64,000 nt of DNA from Candidatus Omnitrophota bacterium (GCA_022703055.1 JAKLEP010000003.1:22238-86237), one strand, 5' to 3'. Positions 17,009 through 29,235 are shown, counted from the first letter of the stretch. Numbers and translations are program-made. The notes: generated from the letters alone by a model not told the origin.

Positions 17009-18401
17009 TCTTTACCTCCTTCTTCGTTATGCTTATGCCTAATTCTTTTAATTGTTCTTTTTTGACGGGTGAAGGCGCCTCGGTCAAAGGGCAAAATGCT
17101 TTTTGCGTCTTTGGAAAGGCGATCACCTCTCTTATCGACTCAGAACCGACCAAAATCGACATTAATCTATCTAGACCGAATGCTATTCCACCATGAGGCG
17201 GTGCGCCGAATTTAAATGCCCTTAAAAGGAAACCAAATCTTTCTTCGGCTTCCTCTTTGGATAGACCTATTATATCAAATATTTTCTGCTGTACATCATT
17301 TTTGTGGATTCTTATGGAGCCGCTGGCAATTTCCGTGCCATTGAGCACGAGGTCGTAGGACCTGGCCCTGATTTTATCAAGGTCTTTAGTGTTTAATAGA
17401 TGCAGATCTTCTTCTTTGGGCGATGTAAAAGGATGATGCTCGCTTTCCCAGCGTTTTTCTTCCTGGTTAAAATTAAAAAGCGGAAAATCTACAACCCAGC
17501 ATAAACTGTACTTTTCATCTTTATTTAAATGAGGTTTATCGGTGTTATATTTTTCTTTTGCCTCCTTATGAGAAATTCTAGGGAAAGGAATTTTGATATC
17601 TACATTTATTGTCTGCTTGAAGATCTTCTGAAATAACTTCTCCATTATTAGGAAAATGTCTTCATCATCAACAAAAGACATTTCTAAATCCAGTTGAGTA
17701 AATTCTGGTTGCCTATCGGCACGCAGGTCTTCATCGCGGAAACATTTGGCGATCTGAAAGTATTTATCCATTCCGGAAACCATGAGAATCTGTTTGAAGA
17801 GTTGCGGAGATTGCGGTAAAGCGTAAAAAAATCCTGGATTTAATCTAGATGGGACTAAATAATCTCTGGCTCCTTCGGGAGTGGATTTGGTTAAAATCGG
17901 AGTTTCGACTTCGACAAATCCTTCTGCGTCGAGGAAATCGCGGATAACTTTGCATAATTTGTGGCGGAGTATAAGGTTGTTCTGCAGCTGCGGCCTTCTT
18001 AAATCTAAATATCTGTAAGGAAGCCGGGTCTCTTCGGAGACTTCGGTTGTTGTATCGTCTATTTCAAAAGGTAGAGCTTCGGAAGGATTTAAAATCTCTA
18101 GATAGTTTGCGGCGATTTCAACCATTCCTGTGGCTAGCTTCGGATTTTCGGTACCTTTTGGTCTTTTCCCTACTTTTCCTCTTACCATGATTACAAATTC
18201 GCTTCTTAGTTCCTGAGCCACTTTATGAGCTTCGGCATTGTCTTTGGGATGAAAAACGATTTGTGTCAGGCCATATCTATCCCTAATATCTATAAAAATT
18301 AGTTTTCCATGGTCGCGTCTTCTAAAAACCCAGCCGCAAAGCTGGACTTCCTTATCTATATCCTGTTCTGTTAGTTGGCCGCAAGTATGTGTTCGTTTCA
18401 T
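17001..18401 (-). CDS. aspS: Aspartate--tRNA ligase, bacterial type, lacking the GAD insertion domain
   Basis: The sequence matches bacterial AspRS at RTHTCGQL...LCGWVFRRRDHGKLIFIDIRDRYG, TPEGARDYLVPSR, QSPQLFKQ, FRDEDLRADRQPEFTQLD and GGIAFGLDRL. It is only 466 aa. The junction reads DKPHLNKDEKYSLCWVVDFPLF where the GAD domain normally sits. Confidence 0.9.
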   Translation of the reverse strand: MKRTHTCGQLTEQDIDKEVQLCGWVFRRRDHGKLIFIDIRDRYGLTQIVFHPKDNAEAHKVAQELRSEFVIMVRGKVGKRPKGTENPKLATGMVEIAANYLEILNPSEALPFEIDDTTTEVSEETRLPYRYLDLRRPQLQNNLILRHKLCKVIRDFLDAEGFVEVETPILTKSTPEGARDYLVPSRLNPGFFYALPQSPQLFKQILMVSGMDKYFQIAKCFRDEDLRADRQPEFTQLDLEMSFVDDEDIFLIMEKLFQKIFKQTINVDIKIPFPRISHKEAKEKYNTDKPHLNKDEKYSLCWVVDFPLFNFNQEEKRWESEHHPFTSPKEEDLHLLNTKDLDKIRARSYDLVLNGTEIASGSIRIHKNDVQQKIFDIIGLSKEEAEERFGFLLRAFKFGAPPHGGIAFGLDRLMSILVGSESIREVIAFPKTQKAFCPLTEAPSPVKKEQLKELGISITKKEVKNV

Positions 18402-19648
18402 ATCTTATTTTTTAATTCGCTAATAAGTTGATTGGATTTGATTTTTTCCTGGTTGCCCGATGACATATCTTTAAGAGTGACGGAATCGGTTTTTATTTCA
18501 TCTTCACCAATAATAATTACGAACTTGGCTCCTGATTTATTTGCCGAGCGCATTTGGCTTTTTAATGAAGCGCCTTCGTAGTTCATGTCGCAAGAGATAT
18601 TTTCGTTACGTAGGCTGTTTAGAAGTAAAAAGCCTTTTTTCGTCGCCTCTTTGTCTAGAGTGATAAAGTAAGCAATGATTGAATCCTGCGTCTCATTTAT
18701 TTTTTTATTCGCTAAGAGCATTCTTTCGACACCGAGAGCGAATCCGACAGCGCTTAAATCCGGACCTCCAAGCTGACTGATTAAATTATCATAACGTCCG
18801 CCAGCGCCTAAAGCGTCCTGACTGCCAAGTGACGCATGGGTGATCTCAAATACCGTACGGGTGTAATAATCTAGTCCTCTGACTAAAAATGAAGAAATCT
18901 TAAAATTAATCTTCAGATTTTTTAAGGCTTCTTGGACAACGGCAAAATGCTCTTGGCAATCTGAGCAGATATGGTTTTCTTTAAGGGATATCTTTTTTAA
19001 TTCTTCTTTGCAGGCCTCGTTTTTGCAATCAAGTATCCTAAAGACATTACGATCAAAGCGTTCTTGGCAGAGATTGCAGAAATTTTTGATTCTATTCTTC
19101 AAGGTTGACCTTAGCAGCTTAGACCAGTTTTCCTTATCTTTGGCGCAGCCAAGATTGTTTATGTTAAGGGTATATCCCTCTATTCCAAAAGCTTCAATGA
19201 GCCTTACCGATAAAAAGATCAATTCTGCATCCAGATATGGATTCAAAGAGCCTATTGCCTCAGCTCCTATATGGTGAAATTGCCTTAATCTTCCTTTTTG
19301 AGGCCGTTCGCCTCTAAACATCGGACCGATATAATAGTATTTGCTAAAACCGTCTTTCAGATGCAGTCCGTGTTCGATGTACGCGCGTACAATGGAAGCT
19401 GTAGCTTCCGGCCTTAAGGCGAATTCATCTTCGCCATCGCTTTTTAGGCTCAATAATTGTTTCTGGACAATATCAGTGGTTTGGCCTAATGTCCGCTGAA
19501 ACAATTTGACATCTTCAAAAATGGGGGTTCTGAGTTCATGATAATTGAAAGCATCAAATATCTGACGCGAGGTTTTTTCAAGTTCCTGATAAACCCTAGC
19601 TTCTTGGGGAAGTATGTCTTTTGTCCCTCTGGGTGCGGATAATTTCAT
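18398..19648 (-). CDS. hisS: Histidine--tRNA ligase
   Basis: The 416 aa protein has PRGTKDILP, LRPEATASIVRAY, YYIGPMFRGERPQKGRLRQFHHIG and GAGGRYDNL. Confidence 0.95.
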   Translation of the reverse strand: MKLSAPRGTKDILPQEARVYQELEKTSRQIFDAFNYHELRTPIFEDVKLFQRTLGQTTDIVQKQLLSLKSDGEDEFALRPEATASIVRAYIEHGLHLKDGFSKYYYIGPMFRGERPQKGRLRQFHHIGAEAIGSLNPYLDAELIFLSVRLIEAFGIEGYTLNINNLGCAKDKENWSKLLRSTLKNRIKNFCNLCQERFDRNVFRILDCKNEACKEELKKISLKENHICSDCQEHFAVVQEALKNLKINFKISSFLVRGLDYYTRTVFEITHASLGSQDALGAGGRYDNLISQLGGPDLSAVGFALGVERMLLANKKINETQDSIIAYFITLDKEATKKGFLLLNSLRNENISCDMNYEGASLKSQMRSANKSGAKFVIIIGEDEIKTDSVTLKDMSSGNQEKIKSNQLISELKNKI

Positions 19649-19668
19649 ATAATTATGATTTTAATCTT

Positions 19669-19695
19669 AAGGGCGGAGAATTATCCTCCGCCCTT
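19669..19695 (-). terminator. GC-rich hairpin downstream of hup (possible terminator or stabiliser)
   Basis: A 10 bp perfect stem (aagggcggag / ctccgccctt) encloses a 7 nt loop. It lies 62 nt after the hup stop. No clear U-tract follows on either strand, so confidence is low. Confidence 0.4.
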
Positions 19696-19756
19696 GCATT
19701 ATATTAAATTAGGCCAACTCCTTGTAACTTTAAATCTGAAAAAGAGATAGGTTATC

Positions 19757-20029
19757 CTATTTAATTTTCTTTTTCATCTCGAGCCCAGGCTTGAAAACGA
19801 CAACTTTTCGAGGAGGCACTGGGACAACATCGCCTGTGCGGGGGTTTCTCCCGGTCCTGGCGCGTCTTTCTTTTATTTTAAAGACGCCGAAGTTACGTAA
19901 TTCCACCTTGTTAAATTGCACCAGGCTGTCAACTATGGCATCAAATGTTTTCTGGACGACCTTCTTTACATCTATCTGCTTTATGCCAGTGTCATCCGAA
20001 ATTTTGAGCACAATATCTTTTTTTGTCAT
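19757..20029 (-). CDS. hup: HU/IHF-family DNA-binding protein
   Basis: The 90 aa protein has the arm signature FGVFKIKERRARTGRNPRTGDVVPVPPRKVVVFKPG. The SD is AAGGAGG. Confidence 0.9.
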   Translation of the reverse strand: MTKKDIVLKISDDTGIKQIDVKKVVQKTFDAIVDSLVQFNKVELRNFGVFKIKERRARTGRNPRTGDVVPVPPRKVVVFKPGLEMKKKIK

Positions 20030-20068
20030 TAAAACCTCCTTGATTATAAGTAGAATAACAGCAAAAAC

Positions 20069-23000
20069 TTACAATGTCAAGGAAAACTTTTCTTTGCCCA
20101 GAATATCAGCTAAATCATTGATTAAAGTTTCATTAGGCTCAACAAAAAACTCATCTCCTACAAGTATTTGGACTTTTTTGGAGTTTTGGGTATCAGCGAC
20201 ATGAAGATAGACCGGGACCTTGCCCGGATAATTGGCCAATTTCTCTTTTAATACCATCAAGACTTTATTATGGACAGTAGAAAGCTCTATATTTATGGCA
20301 GATATAGACTTATAAGCATCATCAATAAAGGAAGCCTCGCTAGCAATAAGCTTAGGCATATCTTCTTTTAGTGTTAACCTGCCTTTTATAATTAGGACCA
20401 TATTTGGCTTTAGATACTTTTCTATCATTCTGAAAGTATTGGGGAATACGAGAACTTCTACGGCTCCGTTTAGGTCTTCTAGTTTGAGGATGGCCATTTT
20501 TTCGCCTGTTCTTCTTGTTGTAGTATGTTTTAGCTTAACGATCATGCCAGCGATCTTTACTTCTTGTCCCTCATAGCATTGCGATAAACGATCCGTAGTA
20601 AAGGTGCTGAATTTCTTAAGCTGGGTTTCATAGCGCGCTAAAGGATGGCCAGTTATATAGAAACCCAACATGTCTTTTTCAAATGTAAGGATTTGAGACT
20701 CGGGCCACTCCTTTATATCAGGTAGTTCCTCCAGATTCTTCTTGAAGCCATTAAATTCCTGATTGGTTTCGAAAAATGAGAATTGCCCTTTTGATTTTTC
20801 TTTTTGAGTTCTTCCTCCAAGCTCAATAGCCCTGTCTAAGATTGCCATTAATTGGGATCTGTAAGCCCCAAAGCTATCGAAAGCCCCACATTTAATTAAA
20901 CTTTCTATGACTTTTCTGTTAGCTAAGCGTAAATCGATTCGTTCACAGAAATCAAACAAAGAAATGAATTTTCCTTCTTTTCTGGCTTCGACAATTGAAT
21001 CGATAGCGGTCATGCCGACATTTTTTACCGATAGAAGTCCATACGAAATTGTTTTGTCATCAATGACTTTGAATTGGGCGTAGCTTTCGTTTATGTTGGG
21101 CGGAAGGATTTTTATTCCCATTCTGTTTGACTCATTAACGTATTCTACTACCTTATCGGTGTTATCTTTCTCGCTGGTCAGCAACGCCGCCATAAATTCA
21201 ACCGGATAGTTCGCTTTTAGATAAGCAGTGCGATAGGAAATAATGGCATAAGCGGCCGAATGGCTTTTATTAAAACCGTAGCCTGAAAAATATTCTATGA
21301 GTTCGAAGATGCGGTTAGCGAGACTTTTTGCGATCCCTTTTTTAATACATCCTTCAGAAAAAACTCGACGCTGTTGCTCCATGACTTCGGGAATCTTTTT
21401 GCTCATTGCCCTTCTTAAATGGTCGGCTTGAGTCAAATTGAAACCAGCCAATTGCGATGCAATCTGCATGACTTGTTCTTGGAAGACGATGATGCCGTAA
21501 GTTTCTTTTAATATCGGCTCAAGGCTAGGGTGGTCATATACGATAGAAACCTCCCCCTTTTTTCTACGCATAAAATCATCGAGCATCCCGCTGCCGATAG
21601 GGCCAGGCCGATAAAGAGCGAGCAGGGAAATTAAGTCTTCAATCTTCGTCGGCTGCAGTTTTTTCAATAGGTCTCTCATGCCGGTGCTTTCCAATTGGAA
21701 AATTCCCATAGTTTGTGAGCTGCCGAGTAAATCAAAAGTATTTTTATCGTCCAGAGGCAATTCTTCTATTTTTATAGTTTTATTGTGTCTTTCTTTGATT
21801 ATTTCAAGAGCGTGGCTAATCACGGTTAGAGTCCTTAACCCTAAGAAATCCATTTTTAAAAGGCCGATTTTGGATAGCGAGTTCATTGAATATCCTGTCG
21901 TAATCTGATCATCGCCAGTTTTAAATAGCGGCAGATAATTATTAAGCGGAATATCTGAGATAACAACTCCGGCGGCGTGAATCGATGCGTGTCTGGTAAG
22001 GCCTTCAAGGGATAGGGCTATATCAAAAATTTCTTTTACCTTGGTATCGTTTTTATAAAGGTTATTTAATTCTGGTTCTGATTTAAGAGCGTCGGCAAGA
22101 TGAATATGCGGATCGGGAGGGACAAGCTTGGCGATTCTATCAACTTCTGCGTAAGGAACATTCATTACCCTTCCTACATCTCTTATGACAGCGCGCGCCT
22201 GCATAGTTCCGAAAGTGATTATCTGGGCGACATTTTCCTTGCCAAATTTTTCGATTACATAGCTTATGACTTCGGGTCGTCTCTCGAAACAAAAATCGAT
22301 ATCGATATCTGGCAGTCCAATTCTTTCCAGGTTAAGGAATCTTTCAAAGAATAGTCCGTACCTTAGCGGGTCAATATCGGTTATCCCAAGAAGATAGCTT
22401 ACTAGGCTGCCAGCGGCGCTTCCTCTCCCTGGACCCACAGGGATATTGTTTTGCTTGGCGTAATGAATAAAATCCCATACGATTAAAAAGTAGCTAGTGA
22501 ATCCAAGCTTTTTTATAGTAGCTAATTCTCCGTCGAGCCTTTTGGTGATTTCTTTGGTGACAGTTGGAAATCTTTTCTTTAATCCTTCCTGGCAAAGCCC
22601 GTCAAGAAATTCATCTTTAGATTTTCCTTCAGGAGGATGATAGTTTGGTAGATGTATCTGTTTGAAGTTAAGCTCAAGATTACACCTCTCAGCGATTTTA
22701 ATCGTGTTTGTTAATGCTTCCGGGCAATATGAAAACGCCTTCTTCATCTCTTCGGGGCTTTTAAGATAAAATTCATCGGTCTGCATGCGCATTCTGTTAG
22801 GATCGTCAAGATTGGTCTGTGTCTGGATACAAAGCAGCGCCTCGTGTGCCCTGGCTTTATCCTTAGTTAGATAATGAACGTCGTTAGTGGCTACGAGTGG
22901 AATTTTTAATTCTTCAGAAATAGACAAAAGCCCTTGGTTTACTTTTTTCTGTTCGGGAATCCCATTTTCTTGCAGCTCTAGATAAAAATTATCAGCTCCA

Positions 23001-23512
23001 AATATTTGCCTGTAGTCGTCGGCAACTTTTAGCGCTTCTTTGAACTGGTTGTTTTGTAGCATGGTTGGGATTTCACCATGAAGGCAAGATGTCAAGCCAA
23101 TTAAGCCTTTTGAATATTGGGACAGTATTTCTTTGTCAATGCGCGGGCGATAGTAAAATCCTTCCAGATATCCGATCGATACCAGCTTCATTAGATTTCT
23201 GTATCCTTCTTCATCCTTTGATAGCAAAACTAAATGCCCGGCTGATTCCTGGCCTGTCTTATAAGATTTCTCGAATCTGCTTCTGGGGGCAATATAGGTT
23301 TCGACGCCGATTATCGGCTTTATACCTATTTTAATCGCCTCATCGTAGAATTCTATTGCTCCGAACATGTTTCCGTGGTCGGTAATTGCAAGGGCTGGAT
23401 ATTTGAAGTGGCTGGCCTGCTTTAATAGATCCTCTATTTTACAGGCTCCGTCAAGAAGACTGTATTGCGTGTGGACATGAAGATGGACAAAATCAGAATG
23501 AGATACCAGCAT
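20069..23512 (-). CDS. dnaE: DNA polymerase III alpha subunit
   Basis: The 1147 aa protein has the N-terminal PHP motif FVHLHVHTQYSLLDG, a polymerase core with GLLKMDFLGL, and a C-terminal OB fold. Confidence 0.97.
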   Translation of the reverse strand: MLVSHSDFVHLHVHTQYSLLDGACKIEDLLKQASHFKYPALAITDHGNMFGAIEFYDEAIKIGIKPIIGVETYIAPRSRFEKSYKTGQESAGHLVLLSKDEEGYRNLMKLVSIGYLEGFYYRPRIDKEILSQYSKGLIGLTSCLHGEIPTMLQNNQFKEALKVADDYRQIFGADNFYLELQENGIPEQKKVNQGLLSISEELKIPLVATNDVHYLTKDKARAHEALLCIQTQTNLDDPNRMRMQTDEFYLKSPEEMKKAFSYCPEALTNTIKIAERCNLELNFKQIHLPNYHPPEGKSKDEFLDGLCQEGLKKRFPTVTKEITKRLDGELATIKKLGFTSYFLIVWDFIHYAKQNNIPVGPGRGSAAGSLVSYLLGITDIDPLRYGLFFERFLNLERIGLPDIDIDFCFERRPEVISYVIEKFGKENVAQIITFGTMQARAVIRDVGRVMNVPYAEVDRIAKLVPPDPHIHLADALKSEPELNNLYKNDTKVKEIFDIALSLEGLTRHASIHAAGVVISDIPLNNYLPLFKTGDDQITTGYSMNSLSKIGLLKMDFLGLRTLTVISHALEIIKERHNKTIKIEELPLDDKNTFDLLGSSQTMGIFQLESTGMRDLLKKLQPTKIEDLISLLALYRPGPIGSGMLDDFMRRKKGEVSIVYDHPSLEPILKETYGIIVFQEQVMQIASQLAGFNLTQADHLRRAMSKKIPEVMEQQRRVFSEGCIKKGIAKSLANRIFELIEYFSGYGFNKSHSAAYAIISYRTAYLKANYPVEFMAALLTSEKDNTDKVVEYVNESNRMGIKILPPNINESYAQFKVIDDKTISYGLLSVKNVGMTAIDSIVEARKEGKFISLFDFCERIDLRLANRKVIESLIKCGAFDSFGAYRSQLMAILDRAIELGGRTQKEKSKGQFSFFETNQEFNGFKKNLEELPDIKEWPESQILTFEKDMLGFYITGHPLARYETQLKKFSTFTTDRLSQCYEGQEVKIAGMIVKLKHTTTRRTGEKMAILKLEDLNGAVEVLVFPNTFRMIEKYLKPNMVLIIKGRLTLKEDMPKLIASEASFIDDAYKSISAINIELSTVHNKVLMVLKEKLANYPGKVPVYLHVADTQNSKKVQILVGDEFFVEPNETLINDLADILGKEKFSLTL

Positions 23513-23537
23513 GTTTGAAATTTAAGTATTTACTTAT

Positions 23538-25082
23538 TTATTCCCATTCAATTGTTGCGGGTGGTTTGGAGCTAATATCGTAGACAACTCGGTTTATGCC
23601 TTTAACTTCGTTTATTATCCGGTTGGAAATCTTCTCCAGAACTTCAGGAGGTAATTTTACCCAATCCGCTGTCATTCCGTCTTTGCTGGTAACACAGCGA
23701 AAAGCAATCACGTTTTCGTAAGAACGTTTGTCTCCCATAACGCCAACAGTTTTTATGGGGAGTAAAATTGCAAATGACTGCCAAACGGAATTATAGAGAT
23801 TCGCTTTTTTAATCTCATCCATTACGATTTCATCAGCATTTCTTAGAACATCTAAGCGGTCTTTGGTTGCTTCTCCGATAATCCTTATCGCAAGTCCTGG
23901 TCCGGGGAAAGGCTGTCTATAGAGAATATGATCAGGTATACCAAGTTGTTTTCCCAGAGTCCTTACTTCGTCCTTAAAAAGATCTCTTAAAGGCTCAATA
24001 AGCTGGAATTTCAAATCTTTAGGCAATCCTCCGACATTATGATGCGATTTTATCCTTGCCGAAGGAGCACCTGTTGGCGAAACTGATTCTATCACGTCAG
24101 GATAAAGCGTGCCTTGGGCAAAGAATTTGACCTTTTTTATTCCTCCGGCCTCTTTTTCAAAAACCTTAATAAACTCATGGCCGATAATCTTTCTTTTTTG
24201 TTCCGGATCGGTGATTCCTTTTAGTTTATCGAGAAATCTCTTTGTGGCATTAACATATTTTAAGCTGATGCGGAATTGGCTTCTAAAAGTCCTTTTTACT
24301 TGTTCCGGCTCATCTTTCCTTAAGAGGCCATTATCAATGAAGATGCATTTCAACTGGTTCTTAATAGCTTTATGAATTAAAACTGCCGTGACCGAAGAAT
24401 CTACTCCACCGCTTAGGCCGCAGATAACATTTTTGTTTCCTACGGTCTCTTTTATCTTCTGGATGGATTCATCAATGAATGAATCCATGGTCCACCTGGG
24501 GAAGCATCCGCAGATCTTAAAGACAAAATTGTTTAAAATTTGGTTTCCTCGTTGTGTATGCTCGACTTCTGGGTGGAACTGAACTCCGTAAATCTTTTTA
24601 TGCCTATTGGCTATTGCTGCAACGGGAGTGTTAAGGGTATGCGCTATAGTGACAAATCCCTGGGGGAGTTTTTTGATTTGGTCGCCATGGCTCATCCAGC
24701 AAGTCAGATTAGAAGGTAAACTATCAAAAAGGTCTTTGTGGCTGTCGATAAAAAGCTCGGTGCTGCCATATTCACGTTCGGTTGCAAACTTTACTTTCCC
24801 GCCTAAAAGCTCGGAAATGATTTGCATGCCATAACAAATACCCAATATAGGAATTCCTAATTTGAAAATATTTTTGGCTAAATCTGGGCTGCTTTTTTCG
24901 TAAACGCTGGCGGGCCCACCGGACAAAATTAATCCTTTTGGTGTCAGTTTGTCAATTTCGGTCGCTGAGATATTGTAGGGTACGATTTGGCTGAAGACCT
25001 TCATTTCTCTGACGCGCCGGGCGATAAGTTGAGTATATTGCGAACCGAAATCTAAAATCAAAATAAAATTTTTTCTTCTCAT
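23538..25082 (-). CDS. guaA: GMP synthase (glutamine-hydrolysing)
   Basis: The GATase domain has GICYGMQ and the ATP-PPase P-loop is GLSGGVDSS. The protein ends with the canonical ATIEWE. Confidence 0.97.
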   Translation of the reverse strand: MRRKNFILILDFGSQYTQLIARRVREMKVFSQIVPYNISATEIDKLTPKGLILSGGPASVYEKSSPDLAKNIFKLGIPILGICYGMQIISELLGGKVKFATEREYGSTELFIDSHKDLFDSLPSNLTCWMSHGDQIKKLPQGFVTIAHTLNTPVAAIANRHKKIYGVQFHPEVEHTQRGNQILNNFVFKICGCFPRWTMDSFIDESIQKIKETVGNKNVICGLSGGVDSSVTAVLIHKAIKNQLKCIFIDNGLLRKDEPEQVKRTFRSQFRISLKYVNATKRFLDKLKGITDPEQKRKIIGHEFIKVFEKEAGGIKKVKFFAQGTLYPDVIESVSPTGAPSARIKSHHNVGGLPKDLKFQLIEPLRDLFKDEVRTLGKQLGIPDHILYRQPFPGPGLAIRIIGEATKDRLDVLRNADEIVMDEIKKANLYNSVWQSFAILLPIKTVGVMGDKRSYENVIAFRCVTSKDGMTADWVKLPPEVLEKISNRIINEVKGINRVVYDISSKPPATIEWE

Positions 25083-26242
25083 TATTTACCCATTCCTACT
25101 CTTTGGAAGGTTTGCAGGAGCTTTCCTTCGGTTTTTATAGATGGAGCTATGATTATTTCTACCTTGTGCATCTCTTTTATGTTTTTGGCGCCCAAAGAAC
25201 CGAGCGATGTTGCTAATGCACCCATAAGATTCTGCGAGCCATCATCGACTCTTGCTGGGCCAAATAATATTTCTTCCAGGGTTCCGGTTGTCCCGACTTT
25301 TATTCTTGTCCCTCTAGGCAAGTTTACGTGCGGCGTTGCCATTCCCCAGTGATAACCTTTGCCCGGAGCCTCAAAAGCCCTGGCGAATGCAGATCCTACC
25401 ATTACCGCATCTGCTCCGCAGGCAAATGCCTTGCAGATATCGCCACCGGATTGCATTCCTCCGTCGGTGATCACAGATACGTAGCGGCCTTTTTTCTTGT
25501 AATAGAAATCCCTGGCTGCGGCAGCGTCAATAGTTGCTGTGACTTGCGGAACGCCGATTCCCAGAACTCCTCTTGTGGTGCAGGCAGCGCCTGGGCCAAT
25601 ACCGATTAATAATCCCGCAGCACCTGTATCCATAAGATCCAAAGTAACATCATAAGTCACGCTGTTTCCGATGATAACAGGCATCTTGGTAGATTTGCAG
25701 AATTTAGTTAAATCTAAAGCTTTGTATTCTTTTGAGATATGTTTTGTGGATGTTACTGTGGATTGGACTACGAAGAAGTCGCATCCTGCCTCTTCTGCTA
25801 TATTGGCGTATTTCTCCGCATGCTGAGGAATGCAGCTTACAATCGCAGGGACCTTCTTGGATTTTATTTCTTTGATTCTTTTGGCGATAAGATTATCTTT
25901 GATGGGTTTTAGATAAACACTTTGGACTAATTTGGTGGCTTCTTCGGGCGGTGCCTTGGCAACTTCATTTAAGACTTTTTCCGGATCGTCATAGCGGGTT
26001 TGGACACCGTCAAGGTTTAGCACCCCTAGACCGCCTAATCGGCCCATTTCAATGGCGAATTTGACATCAACTACGCCGTCCATGGCTGCGGCAATTATCG
26101 GGACGCGAAACTTTTTATCGGCAATTTGCCAAGTTGTATCTACTTCGTTAGGATTTATGGTTACTTCACCCGGCACTAAAGCAATTTCGTCAAAACCGTA
26201 ACAACGCCTGGCTTTGCGTTGGATTCCTATCCATTCTCCCAT
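25082..26242 (-). CDS. IMP dehydrogenase-family protein, short CBS-less GuaB3 type
   Basis: The 386 aa protein begins like mycobacterial GuaB3 ([18 protein letters not shown]...[15 protein letters not shown]). It keeps the Cys loop [11 protein letters not shown]. Its stop overlaps the guaA start as TAATG. Confidence 0.8.
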   Translation of the reverse strand: MGEWIGIQRKARRCYGFDEIALVPGEVTINPNEVDTTWQIADKKFRVPIIAAAMDGVVDVKFAIEMGRLGGLGVLNLDGVQTRYDDPEKVLNEVAKAPPEEATKLVQSVYLKPIKDNLIAKRIKEIKSKKVPAIVSCIPQHAEKYANIAEEAGCDFFVVQSTVTSTKHISKEYKALDLTKFCKSTKMPVIIGNSVTYDVTLDLMDTGAAGLLIGIGPGAACTTRGVLGIGVPQVTATIDAAAARDFYYKKKGRYVSVITDGGMQSGGDICKAFACGADAVMVGSAFARAFEAPGKGYHWGMATPHVNLPRGTRIKVGTTGTLEEILFGPARVDDGSQNLMGALATSLGSLGAKNIKEMHKVEIIIAPSIKTEGKLLQTFQRVGMGK

Positions 26243-26270
26243 GATTATTTCCTTTCTGGTTAGAGCTCCT

Positions 26271-26299
26271 ATTTTATAGATAAAAGCTTAGGTTGTCAA
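26271..26299 (-). promoter_or_regulatory. Putative sigma70 promoter for the guaB3-like/guaA/dnaE unit
   Basis: On the minus strand I read TTGACA (26294-26299), a 17 nt spacer, then TAAAAT (26271-26276). It sits immediately downstream of the groEL terminator. Confidence 0.45.
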
Positions 26300-26301
26300 T
26301 T

Positions 26302-26345
26302 AAAAAAATGGCTCTTTGCGCGCCTTAAAAAGCGCGCAAAGAGCC
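26302..26345 (-). terminator. Rho-independent terminator of groESL
   Basis: A perfect 14 bp stem (ggctctttgcgcgc / gcgcgcaaagagcc) encloses an 8 nt loop. On the minus-strand transcript it is followed by A then U7. It lies 54 nt after the groEL stop. Confidence 0.8.
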
Positions 26346-26398
26346 ACCTGGTTTTTTAGTGTAATTTAATGCTGTGTAAAAAGTTGTGGCTTTAATTT

Positions 26399-28063
<1,665 letters not shown>

Positions 28064-28354
28064 TTATTTTATAATTGCTAAAATATCCTCTTCTTTGATG
28101 ATGATGTATTCTTCGCCGGATTTTGTGGAGACTTCTGTTCCGGAATATTTTCCGTAAAGGACCTTATCGCCGACTTTTACGCCAGGCTCCTGTATTTTGC
28201 CGCTTTCTAATACTTTTCCTGGGCCAACGGCAATGACTTTGCCTTCTTGCGGTTTCTCTTTGGCAGTATCAGGTAAGACTATACCACCCTTGGTTTTTTC
28301 TTCAGCTTCTAACTGTTTGATTAAGACCCTATCCCCCAATGGTTTTATGTCCAT
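28064..28354 (-). CDS. groES: Co-chaperonin GroES
   Basis: The 96 aa protein begins [13 protein letters not shown] and contains [22 protein letters not shown]. Confidence 0.97.
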   Translation of the reverse strand: MDIKPLGDRVLIKQLEAEEKTKGGIVLPDTAKEKPQEGKVIAVGPGKVLESGKIQEPGVKVGDKVLYGKYSGTEVSTKSGEEYIIIKEEDILAIIK

Positions 28355-28376
28355 GCTAAATCCTCCTTCTTATTTA

Positions 28377-28403
28377 TTAGCACTCTTTGGTTGGAAGTGC
28401 TAA
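28377..28403 (-). promoter_or_regulatory. CIRCE operator (HrcA binding site) in the groES leader
   Basis: The sequence TTAGCACTC-TTTGGTTGG-AAGTGCTAA differs from the consensus TTAGCACTC-N9-GAGTGCTAA at one position. It lies 23 nt upstream of the groES ATG. Confidence 0.9.
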
Positions 28404-28430
28404 TATAACGTAAAAGAAATTGTTTGTCAA
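28402..28430 (-). promoter_or_regulatory. groESL sigma70 promoter
   Basis: On the minus strand I read TTGACA (28425-28430), a 17 nt spacer, then TATATT (28402-28407). The -10 element abuts the CIRCE element, and an A/T-only tract lies just upstream (UP-like). Confidence 0.7.
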
Positions 28431-28479
28431 GAAAAATTTTTATTAAAAAAATTTTTCTTTATCTGAGCGGCGATAGGGA

Positions 28480-29235
28480 TCAAATGGTTTTATTTTTTGC
28501 GGGGGTTAACCTTTTTTGCAGGAACTCTCGGAATTCAGGCGGGAATTCTATTTTTGCCGTGCCGGCGCTGCACTTATCAATACTGTCGATAATCCTAGGT
28601 ATAATATTATAAGGAAAGCTGATGATTAATTTGTCTTTTTCCACATTGCACATTTTCCTGGCAGTATAATCATAAAAAGAGATATTCGGTTCTCCAGTTA
28701 ACAATGGCTCCATGATGATCATTCTGCAGGTAGGGCCTCCGATTTTAATTTTAGGCATCTTGCCTTCTAGGAAAGTTAAGAAAGTAAGTAATCTGCAGGC
28801 AGCTTCTGCGTTGACGACAAATAAAACCAGGTCTGGCTTATGCTCGCTATTTTCTAATGGAGAAAGCAGGAAAAATGAATCGGAGTTATCCGGAACGTCA
28901 ACAAATTGGCTCATTAGATTATCCAGGGCTTCGTAGGAAGAAAAAAGCTTCTCTCCTTCTACCACGAATTTCTTTACCATACCGGAGACTTTGGGATCTT
29001 TAATTTTATGGAAGCCTAAATGCCACGATGCGCCAAAACAGGCATTGTTTTCGGCGCCTAAGCAAGTAGCCGTGCCTTTTGAAGCATCTAGAATTGCGCG
29101 GCAGATCCTAACCTTTTTTTGGGAAGGAGTTTGCGGGTTTTTGGTAAGCGTTACAGCAACCGGGCTAGAATCTAAACATAATAACTGTTTGAATGTTTGC
29201 GAGTATTCTCGCCACTCTTTTTTATTCTCAGACAT
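28480..29235 (-). CDS. Conserved hypothetical protein, DUF169-like (tentative)
   Basis: The 251 aa protein has an N-terminal [10 protein letters not shown] pattern and conserved Cys/Gly positions that I recall for DUF169 (COG2043). This assignment is from memory and has not been checked by a search. Confidence 0.45.
   Translation of the reverse strand: MSENKKEWREYSQTFKQLLCLDSSPVAVTLTKNPQTPSQKKVRICRAILDASKGTATCLGAENNACFGASWHLGFHKIKDPKVSGMVKKFVVEGEKLFSSYEALDNLMSQFVDVPDNSDSFFLLSPLENSEHKPDLVLFVVNAEAACRLLTFLTFLEGKMPKIKIGGPTCRMIIMEPLLTGEPNISFYDYTARKMCNVEKDKLIISFPYNIIPRIIDSIDKCSAGTAKIEFPPEFREFLQKRLTPAKNKTI

Noticed and set aside
28431-28457. An A/T-only inverted repeat (gaaaaattttt ... aaaaatttttc) between the DUF169-like gene and the groES promoter, considered as a terminator.
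   Set aside because: The stem contains only A and T and would be very unstable. Its position just upstream of the -35 element fits an UP-element or A-tract better than a terminator.
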